From positions 4,588,001 through 4,652,000 of the forward strand of contig NC_092674.1 of NCBI RefSeq assembly GCF_964355755.1: 64,000 nucleotides of DNA, in the 5' to 3' direction. The translations under genes were made by a program, and so were the position numbers. Shown piece by piece: positions 42,001-54,000 of the stretch. A model generated the notes under the pieces. The model did no database searches and was not told the DNA's origin. It saw only the letters and a program-made list of their open reading frames with translations. This stretch comes from Antedon mediterranea (lineage: Eukaryota > Animalia > Echinodermata). The number at the start of each line of letters is the position of its first letter. The stretch's first letter is position 1.

Positions 42001-45000
42001 TAAATTAGAATAACTTCAACAGATAGTATAGTCAATAATTTCCCTTATCAATTCAGAGAATTATTATAATTATCTGAATCGAAAAATGATACAAAAATCG
42101 ATTAATCAAATAATTTAAAATGACATCTTTAAACATAGGCCTACATATACTTAAATTGTTACAGAAATCAGCTCGCAAAAAATGGTACATTCATGATTGC
42201 TTATAAATGCCGACTAGAGCAGTCTAATAGATGCACATTTCTACACTAGATCCAACGACATTTCAGGAAACAATAAAGAGGTAATCTCGCCTTTTTAACA
42301 GTACCGCACTTTAAAGTAACCGTGTCTATGAATTTCAATTATGCAAATATAAAACAATACACGCGCGCGTATAAATGTTAACTACGCGCTACTCATAATA
42401 AACTACATCCTATATAATATTCTATTAGATTAAACACAAGACATGCTTGTTTTGATCTGGGTGATGGATTGATAAATGGAAAAAAAAAACTATTAACCGA
42501 CGTCAATTTATTACAGGATGCTTTAAACTGTTGCATACATAGTACCTCATACCAAGGGTATTACACTGCATGCGTACATTGGACTAGATTGAAATATTAC
42601 TGACAACTGCCTCTAGGTATAGTCTTCTAATGGAAAACGCTCTTTAATAAATTTCAAAAAGACATTTAATCATTTTTGAAAATTACCGGGTAGAGACAAA
42701 ACACATTCAAGTTAGATGTGTTTTCACAGATAACCTTTCCATCAAATGGCGTTTCTCGAGAAGAACCACAATTTAAAAAGTATCTTAATCATATTATTAC
42801 CATTGTGTTTGTTGTTAATAAATAATATTTTGCTATGACTAATTAGAAGGTTAAAAGTGTGAACGTTTCAAAACACATTTTCAATGGAAAATCGAGGATT
42901 TTAAGATTGACATTTATTTATACTATTATACATTGGTTCGTAAATGAATACGTTTATAAATACCTGTTAAGTCGTGTTAATGAAAATGAGAAGAAATTAC
43001 AATAAAGGTGCGTGATTCCCACGAAAGATAAAAAAAGGAAAATCGAGGATTTTTTAAATAATTGGAACTAATGCTTGGTTCTCACTAGAGACGCAACACA
43101 ACGACGTAACGCAACTTAAGGGATTTGACCAATCACAAGCGATAGATTATTCGAACTGTCGCTTGCCATTGGTCAACTTGCTTGCGTTGCGTCTACGTTC
43201 TTACGTTGCTTCCAAGTGGGAACCAGGCTTTAGTATTTCATTTCTCATAAGATGGTTTCAGACTCGGGCCGAGTGGACCCGACTTTGGATCCTTATATGT
43301 AGTTGAGGTCTTATGCACGGTACGTTGAGCGAAGCAGTTAAGCTTGGTTCCCACTAGGATGCAACACAAGGACGAAAACGCAACGCAAGCGTGTTGACCA
43401 ATGACAAGCAGTTTAAATAATCCATCGCAAGTAATTGGTCAACTCTCTTAAGCGTGGTTCCCACTAGCGACGCAACACAAGGAGGTAACGCAACGCAAGT
43501 GAATTAACCAATCACAAGCGATGGCTTATTCGCTTGTGATTGCTAACTGTCTATAACTTCGCTTGTCATTGGTTAAAACGCTTGCGTTGCGTTTACGTCC
43601 TTGCGTTACGTTCTAGTAGGAACCAAGCTTTACGTTGCGTTACGTCTTTGCATTGCGTCTCTAGTGGGAACCAAGCTTTAAGCGTGGTTCCCACTAGCGA
43701 CGCAACACAAGGACGTAACGCAACGCAAGTGAATTGACCAATCACAAGCGATGGCTTATTCGCTTGTGATTGCTAACTGTCTATAACTTCGCTTGTCATT
43801 GGTTTAAACGCTTGCGTTGCGTTTACGTTCTTGCGTTACGTTCTAGTGGGAACCAAGCTTTAGGGAGAGGTTACAACACACGCCACACTCGAACTATCGG
43901 TGTACGACAGTTTTCCCAACCATTGTGTACGGTACGATAGTTTTTAATTACGGCGGCAAGGCATAATTGAAATATTTAAAAAAAAAAGACATTTGTTGAC
44001 GTACTTTAAACATTCCGCCTACATAAACAGTCGGTTGACAGAATAATTATTATTACCTTTATATCCCCAATGAATGGCAATTTGATAAGAAGCTGTATAT
44101 TCCTTTGACTCTGGATATTGGTTTATACAGTGAAAAATAAAAAAGTATGCTTGTGGTCACGTATAAGGCTTCTAGTATAATATTTCAGTTAATATCAGAA
44201 GTTTTCGGTCATTGAGCTTTGACTGGTTTTTTTTTATGTCGCCATTGTTTGACATTGCCTTCTATACCATACCATACAATAATGCACGTTCGCCATAATT
44301 GCGCCCAAAAGGCGTTTGGAAAATGACAATTTACACACGTATTTTCTAGTTCCCGTTCGACTGCTACACTAAATATGGAAAACACGTTTTTGCATTTCGT
44401 GCTTTCCATATATCTATCATCTATGGAGTGCAATCGGCGTCATAGGGAATGACGATTCTCTTAAATCATTATAAGTACATTGTTCGCACTAATAACGGTC
44501 AACTGCAACATACCGGAAAATGTGTCGGAAAATTCTGGCTCTCGCCAAATGGAATAATAAGTAACACTAATAACACGTGTCAGCGCTAACGGAAGAGCCA
44601 TCCATCTATGTGACGTAACTAGTATAGTGACTAGAGTACGAGGGAATCAGTGGCCAGATTGAAAAACAAAATAGTAAAACGCGATGTCAACACGATGGAG
44701 AGTATTGATTTGACTTCATGAGATAGTGAATCAATAAATATTGAAGGGTTTTCCCTGAAAAGGAGATATTCATTTTGATGATATGAGATTGTGTTTCCCG
44801 AAAGCTCTGTCTACACTATCAAACTAGTTAGACAGAATCAAAGTGTGATGTGCCCAAATATGGTAGTGATATGCTCAAATATGATAGTGATATGACATCA
44901 TCATGATGTCCATATATGGGCGTATTACATATTTTCCATGGTGTAGACATGGCTTAAAACTTGGTTCCAAATAGGACGTCAGCCCAACGCAAGTAATGAT

Positions 45001-48000
45001 GATTACAACACCTTTGTTTTATTTAAGTTCTATATACTTGTTCTTATGTAAAAGGGTCCTACAAAAAAACGAAGCTACAGCTTTTTATGCAGGATCCCTG
45101 TTTTTCAGTTGTACTGTAATTATGATGTACTGTAATTGATGACTATATAAATGTGGAATAAATGAAATGAAAATGTATGATGATCCGTCGCGTCGTGATT
45201 GTCAGATTACATTCGTTGCAGTGTGAACGGGTGTTTGTGTTGATGCATATTAAGAAACACATTCGTATATTATATAAATAGAATAGAATAGCAATGCAAA
45301 CTAGTACAAACCATTGTTCTGTCGCCAGGCTCAGCTCCACCGTACCTAATGGAAATAAGGAACATTCAACATCACAACGTTCATTGTAATACACCACCTA
45401 GTATGGGTTCAAGACGGAGTTTTGCCCTAAAATATTTTGGCACATATGGCGTTTCATACGTGTACTACTTGAGCTTGTAAACTGTATTTCAGACAAACAT
45501 CGAAAAGCCTCGAAATGAATACAGACTTGGAGTAAGTCTATACGCCACCAATTATCTCTCAAATCTCGATATCTTACTAATTTACACACAAAAAAGGTTG
45601 AAGAAACTGTTTCAATTAATTTAATAACAACCAACCTCGACACAGCAGTCATTCCCGCATAAAGTGCGTCAATCCAAGATGGCGGATTCGTGTCTGTGCG
45701 CAGTTTCCCTGCCGCAGCAGTTAGAAACAAGCTGTATAACTATAGTAAATACAATAAAACGATGATAAAGTTAGACAAAGAAAAATAGTAAATAAAACAC
45801 ATCAATAAAGAAAAGAATTGCGTTCCGCTTCACTAAATTCACGTGTAAAGCTCTGTCTACGCTATAAAACTTTATGTGACAAAAAAATGTGATGTGCTCA
45901 TATATGAACACACGATAATGATGTCAAATTACTACCATATTTGGGCACACCACACGTTTTTGTCAAAGTAGTTCGATAGTGTAGACAGCTTAAGAAGTTC
46001 AGAAACTGAGGAACCACGTACAGAGGCGAACATAATCCACGATCAACGTATATACGTTTCGTTACCCCACATGATTCCCGCCTTTAATTGTGTTGGACCG
46101 TTTCTGTAGTAGCCGATTGGCCTATTATGTTTAACATGTGATTATGATCTCAGTAAAGCTTGGTTACCACTAGGACGTAACGCAAGGACGTACACACAAC
46201 GCAATCGTATTGACCAATGACAAGCGACAGTTCGAATAATCCATCGCGTGTCATTGGTCAAATTACTGGCGTTGCTCTTACGTCCTAGTGGGAACCAATC
46301 TTAAAATACATTACTATGTGCAATGCTATATGACGCACACAACGAGTACGTCATCTGGCATTTACATCCAGTTTACTTACCCCACCTGATGCCCCTCCCA
46401 TCGTGTTCTCAAGGGACTCGGCGGCAGATATCAGAATAGCATAAACACTATAGTTTGAAAACCCATCTAACAAGGCTAGGATTCCTTAAAAAAAGCATAA
46501 TAAAGTTAAATAACGACAGAGTTAGCATTTCAAATTTTATTTACGTTTACGACGACACAATAAAATAAACAATCGTAAATATTAACTATGAGTGTCATTA
46601 TTCAAGAGAAACATCACATATACATTTGAAACCAAATTCAGAATAATATTGTTATCGTCTGACGTAATCTTCTTGAGAAAAACAACTAAAAAGGCAGTTT
46701 ATCAAAAGATATCTTTACTACATTAACGTCAAATTTCACGTCAATAAGTTCCAGGCTGCAAGACGCATTATGCAGATTAAAACTGAAATGCCCACTTCAC
46801 CGGATACCCTTTTTTGGGGGGCTTTATAAATATTTTGCTAGGAAATTTAGCTGGTAAAAATGTATCTGCTTTAGGCTAATAATATTTAGCCTTGTGTTAC
46901 AAGATATTGAAATAGCATTTAGCGTGTCATTTAAAAGTAAGCAATCCGATACCTGCATTTCAACTATCATTAAGCCCCTTTTTTCAACAAGGCAAATACA
47001 TTCACGCGAATCTAAAGCTCTGTCGACACTATCAAACTTTATGTGACAAAAAATATGATGTGCCCATATATGTACATGATGATGTCATGTCACTACCATA
47101 TTTGGCCATATCACTACCATATTTGGCCATATCACTACCATATTCGGACACATCATACTTTTTTTTGGTCAAATTATTTTGACAGTGTAGACAACATTTT
47201 ATATAACGTTTATCAGCTCTGATTCGTGGCGATTTCACGCGTCACAAACCAACACTTTTTATTGGCGCAAATTACATGCGTGTATTGAATATGCATGAGT
47301 TCTAATTGGTGACGAAAACCAGAATATAATAGCGCATTAAATATCATGATCATGCGCAGAATTATCTTTTTTTACCAAGATGCGTAGTTGAGTTGGGCAT
47401 CGTGTGACAACGAAAGGTCCCTAAAGCTTGGTTTCCACTAAGACGCAACGCAAGGACGTAAACGCGACGCGACAGTGCGAATAATCCATCGCTTGTGATT
47501 GGTCAACTCACTTACATTGCGTTGTGTTGCGTCTCAGTGGGAAGCAAGCATAATGTATACGTACACGCAAGCCTGCATGATGCAAATCTTTTATATTAAA
47601 ACTAAGCAAACATACATAAGTTAGGCCTACTTATGATCTAAAACATTGCTTTCACTTCTAACGACGCAAGTGAAATATATCTATGTGAACTTGCCTAATC
47701 TAGGTTGTAATTTGGCCTTTCACTAAGAGATTCTATTAAACTCCTTGAATTATTGCGAGCAATTTAGGTTTTTCAATCTTTGTCGATCAGTCACGTGTTT
47801 AGTTTGATTTCAATAAATCAAAACAGAAACTTATTTTGTTTTTCTTTTCTTCATTTTCCTTCGTAATTTAACAAAAACTGAAAAATTCAAAATAATTCGA
47901 TTTTTCAAATAAAATTAGGTTAATGGATTTCATTACTGACGTCATCAATCAAAATACGAAGAACATCAATCCCTGTTGCTAATGGTTACAAAATACTAAA

Positions 48001-51000
48001 GTTAATGTTAGAAAGATGTTTTCATTTCTGAAAATGCTTGCATATCGAATCATACCAACCATGAACCATCCTCCTTGGTAATGTATAAGCCCAAAGACAA
48101 CTTTAAATTAATTTTCAACAATGGGCGGACCGACACGATATAAAATGTAATCACTCAGGACTGTTTACGCTATGACGTCACCGAACGACGATAACTAAAT
48201 ATACATTTTTTCCTACAGAAAACAAACAATTATACAGTCTTCGATGAAAATAATATTTTCTCAAATCCAATGAAATGTTAAAATATCAAATAAATGTATC
48301 CTATAAGGTCTAGTTCTAGTTCTAATTTTTCAATCTCTGTAAGACCATTTATTATTTTTATCATCGTCTGTTACGTCCTAGTGTAAACGGGCCTTAAAGC
48401 TCTGTCTACACTATCAAACTTGTTTGATAAAAAAGTGTGATGTGCCCATGGTAGTGATATGCCCAAATATGGTAGTGATATGCCCAAATATGGTAGTGAT
48501 GTGACTTCATCATGTCCATAAATCACATTTTTTGTCATATAAAGTTTGATTAGTACTGTAGAAAATCTGCTGTTTTTATGTTTCATAGTAGTTACCACCA
48601 CATAACAGGAGGCCTACCAACACCACACAACATTAGTCCTAACAGCACCACACAACAGTAGTCCTAACACCACACAACAGTAGTCCTAACACCACACAAC
48701 ATTAGTCCTAACAGCACCACACAACAGTAGTCCTAACACCACACAACAGTAGGCCTACCACCACCACACAACAGTAGTCCTATCACCACCACACAACAGT
48801 AGTCCTAACACCACCACACAACAGTAGTCCTATCACCACACAACAGTAGGCCTATCACCACACAACAGTAGTCCTATCACCACCACACAACAGTAGTCCT
48901 ACCACCACACAACAGTAGTCCTATCACCACACAACAGTAGTCCTAACACCACACAACAGTAGGCCTATCACCACACAACAGTAGTCCTATCACCACACAA
49001 CAGTAGTCCTATCACCACACAACAGTAGTCCTATCACCACACAACAGTAGTCCTATCACCACACAACAGTAGTCCTATCACCACACAACAGTAGTCCTAT
49101 CACCACCACACAACAGTAGTCCTATCACCACACAACAGTAGTCCTATCACCACACAACAGTAGTCCTATCACCACACACACAACAGTAGTCCTATCACCA
49201 CACAACAGTAGTCCTATCACCACCACACAACAGTAGTCTTATCACCACACAACATTAGTCCTATCACCATACAACAGTAGGCCTATCACCACACAACAGT
49301 AGTCCTATCACCACACAACAGTAGGCCTATCACCACACAACAGTAGTCCTAACACCACACAACAGTAGGCCTATCACCACACAACAGTAGGCCTATCACC
49401 ATACAACAGTAGGCCTAACACCACACAACAGTAGTCCTATCACCACCACACAACAGTAGTCCTACCACCACACAACAGTAGTCCTATCACCACACAACAG
49501 TAGTCCTAACACCACACAACAGTAGGCCTATCACCACACAACAGTAGTCCTATCACCACACAACAGTAGTCCTATCACCACACAACAGTAGTCCTATCAC
49601 CACACAACAGTAGTCCTATCACCACACAACAGTAGTCCTATCACCACACAACAGTAGTCCTATCACCACCACACAACAGTAGTCCTATCACCACACAACA
49701 GTAGTCCTATCACCACACAACAGTAGTCCTATCACCACACACACAACAGTAGTCCTATCACCACACAACAGTAGTCCTATCACCACCACACAACAGTAGT
49801 CCTATCACCACACAACATTAGTCCTATCACCATACAACAGTAGGCCTATCACCACACAACAGTAGTCCTAACACCACCACACAACAGTAGTCCTATCACC
49901 ACCATACAACAGTAGTCCTAACACCATACAACAGTAGGCCTATCACCACACAACAGTAGTCCTAACACCACACAACAGTAGTCCTATCACCACACAACAG
50001 TAGGCCTATCACCACACAACAGTAGTCCTATCACCACACAACAGTAGTCCTATCACCAAACAACATTAGTCCTATCACCATACAACAGTAGGCCTAACAC
50101 CACACAACAGTAGGCCTATCACCACACAACAGTAGTCCTATCACCAAACAACATTAGTCCTATCACCATACAACAGTAGGCCTAACACCACACAACAGTA
50201 GTCCTATCACCAAACAACATTAGTCCTATCACCATACAACAGTAGGCCTAACACCACACAACAGTAGTCCTAACACCACCACACAACAGTAGTCCTAACA
50301 CCACACAACATTAGTCCTATCACCACACAACAGTAGGCCTAACACCACACAACAGTAGTCCTAACACCACCACACAACAGTAGTCCTAACACCACCACAC
50401 AACAGTAGTCCTAACACCACCACACAACAGTAGTCCTAACACCACCAAACAACATTAGTCCTATCACCATACAACAGTAGGCCTAACACCACACAACAGT
50501 AGTCCTAACACCACCACACAACAGTAGTCCTAACACCACACAACATTAGTCCTATCACCACACAACAGTAGGCCTACCACCATACAACAGTAGGCCTAAC
50601 ACCACACAACAGTAGCAGGCCCGTAGCCAGGGGGGGTTTTTATGGTTCGGGCGAACCCCTCCTTTACAGCGAACCCCCCTTAACCAACTGCGAACCCTCA
50701 TCCCCGACATGCCCAATACCTCACCCTCATCTCCAAAAATCCTCCAAATACGTGCCTCACAGTACAAAAAGTTGTTTGTAAATTGAAAAATTCGTAAACT
50801 TGTTCGTGAACCTTCTTCTCTGTATGAGCGTCAACTAGTGATACGTGTCTGTAAATTTCTAAAAGCTGCAAATGAATTGCCGATTTTAACCTGAAAAATA
50901 AATGTTTGGTCCCTGCATGTAATGATATTAGCGAGCTTTCGTTTTAGTACGGAAGTAGTTCAGTACGGTAATTTGAACCGAAATGTGATCTACGCATGCG

Positions 51001-54000
51001 CAGAAATTTAAGACTCACCGTAGCGCTAAATTTCAGAACGGTAGTGAGAAGAAATAGCGTCCTGTCTGAAACGAACATTCAGCTGTGTATTTTAATACGA
51101 AGGACACGATGGAAGCAGTATCGTCAAAGGTAAAGCAGTTTAATCAGTCGTTATTTTAGCTTTATGTAATCAAACATAGACTAGGCTATAGCATATTAAA
51201 TGAATGTTCATTAATGTAGTGCTCTAGATCAGTGATGCCAAATATAAAATAAAAAAATTGGCTTAGAGATTCGGCCTAGGGCCTAGCTAGCCTAGGCTAG
51301 TAGTAGTATAATAGAGGGCAAACCAGTGGCCTAATCGAACTAACTAGCCTAGGGCCTAGCTGCGATACCCTAGCTGCTGGCATTTAGGCTATCCCTACAC
51401 GGTCCTACAAATAAACACAACTTGCACAAATAGGAGGTCTAGATACGTAGGACCCCCTACTCAAAAGATGACAGAAAATGACAAGTTCAATAATATTGAT
51501 AAAAACTAGCTAATCAAATTATCTTCAATTCAATCCTGCTTTGCTTAAAACAAAGGAGTTGTTTACTTTATTAGATTTATAACAACTCCCTGCCAATGTA
51601 GCTTAAAGTATTTATCTTATTGTCATACAATATAAGATATATGTAGATAAGCTTGTGTACATTTTATTATTTTTATCTTGATTTTTTATTTATTTTTTTT
51701 TCAAAACAGGCAGAAGAAATTAAGACAAAAAAAGAGTACAAACCGGTTAGTTAGATAATTCAATAGTGCTCACTTTTTTACATTTATTTTAATATATTAT
51801 TATTATTGTAAACTTTTTTTTTGTATGCACAAAACATATAATATTATATAATAGTATGCTTTTTTCAGTCTGAAATAAATGTGTTATCAATGTCAATCAA
51901 TATTAGCATGATTAATTGTATAAAGTGGATAGTTCATTCAAGCTATATTATTTATTTTCATTTATTACTTCATTAGATTAAAAACTCCTACACTGAATTG
52001 ATGAGAAAAATATTACATTAAAAAACACTATCATAAATTATGTGATTTTATTATTTATTTCAGCATGATCTGGGACAACCAAAAGGATCAAATCCTAATA
52101 GGAGAAGTAATCTTGGCTAGACCTTTTCAGTCCAAGAAGGGCACAACTGAGCGGGGAAAGGCATGGCAGGCTGTTGCTGATGCAATGAAGGCCCGTGAAT
52201 ACAAAGTTGACAGGCGGGCAGTGCGAGATCGCATATCTAATTTGATGGATAAGGTGAAAGGAAAAAATAACAAAGAAAAGGCAGCCAGTGGAATTGCAGT
52301 GGAGGAGACAGATGAGGAAAAGCAAATAAGGGAAAGTATTGAAGAATTCATCCAAGAAGAGGAGGATATAGAAATGTTACCAAAGGAAAGAGGAGATGAA
52401 GAGAAGAAAAAGGCTGATGGTGCAGAAATGAGAAAACGTGCATGTGAAACATTTGGAGAAACGCGGAAAAGGTAATACCAAATTTATGTAAAATGTAGAG
52501 GCAGATTAAAGTGTTTTTTATCCCCCTCTTCCTTAGTTTAGTTCTTATTTTTGTAAATTTATTTTTAGGCTTGATGTTGAAAGTAACACACCAAAAAGAA
52601 GGAATAGTGGGAATGACACAATCGGTATCATTCAAAAAAAAATGGAGATAGATCAGCAACTTCGAAGGGAGGAAATGGAGAGAAAAAAAGAGGAAGAAGA
52701 ACGAAGGAGGGCAGAAGAAAGAGGAAGGGAAAGACGATTTGAGGCCTTCCAACAGCAACAACTGCAACAACAACAACAAATGCAGCAGCAAATACTTCAA
52801 CAACAGCAACTCTTGCAACATCAAAACCAGCAAACGCAAACACTGATGATGGCATTTCTTAAGTCCATGGAAAAGAAAAACTAGATCCTTGATATATTTT
52901 TTTATTGTGCTAATCTGTGCAATATACTTTCTACTATAGTTGTTTTTATATATATTTATGTGTTTATTAATGCATGCCTTTATTTATATATACTTATACC
53001 ATTGTTTCTTTCAATCTATTAATTATTATCTTGAATGTTTTGAATACCATTGATGCCAAAGAATATGTAGTTTAAATCAAAGAAGTTTTGTTTCTATATG
53101 AATGAGCATTAACAAAATATAATTAATACATGCTTTTCAATATCAATAAATAGAAACATTTATTTACCTTACGACGTTTTAACATAATACCGGTAATTCA
53201 GCTATCACTTTAGTCACAATTACAATAATTTACATTTTAAAAATACACTAAATATTTGTTCTATTGCAGGTGTATCTTTAGTGTTGGTATGTTATATACA
53301 GTTAAGTGTTTAAGAGTTTTCCAGGATTTTTATTTAAACTGGAACCATTTTATTTCTTTTAATCTATTAAAGGTTCTCTTGTATTACAGTTAGATGTTTA
53401 TGAATGTATATATGTATATGGTTACAATAAAAATATTTATATGAATAACTTCTTAAATTTAAATGGAAACAGTTATTTACTTTATAATTTATACAATTTT
53501 TAATAAATTCAATATCACTTCTATCACAATTATTTACAATAATTTAGAAAAAAAATACATTCATTGAAAATATTCTTCCAGCGATGGCGGTTCAAGTTCA
53601 AAATAGGCAGATGTATTGTTCTTATACACACATGTATGTGCATTTGTAAGTATTCCAGAAACAATGTACATTTTGCCACATGCACTCAATTGCACTTTCT
53701 GAGACTTCTTATAGTCTGTAAATTTAAATATATTTACAATGTCACCAAATAGCCATTCAACGCTAATTCTGACTTTGGACATTGCCGCGTTGAAGGCCAC
53801 TTGTTCTGGTGTTATCCGTACCGTCGGGAAAGGTGCTTGCAATTGTGGGCGCAATGGGTACGCAGGATCACCATACACGCACAATACATTTCCCTGTGGA
53901 TCATGTGATCTGGCCTCAAGCTCTGTCAACAGACCCGATTCACGAAGGAGAAATGCATCATGTCTCCTCCCTTCCACAGGTCCATATAGGTGAGCTATGA

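Noticed and set aside
48595-50615. CRISPR-like array
   Set aside because: Contiguous tandem units, no unique spacers, eukaryotic context, no cas genes
52095-54000. Antisense ORFs over the Harbinger genes
   Set aside because: Shadows of the true coding frames
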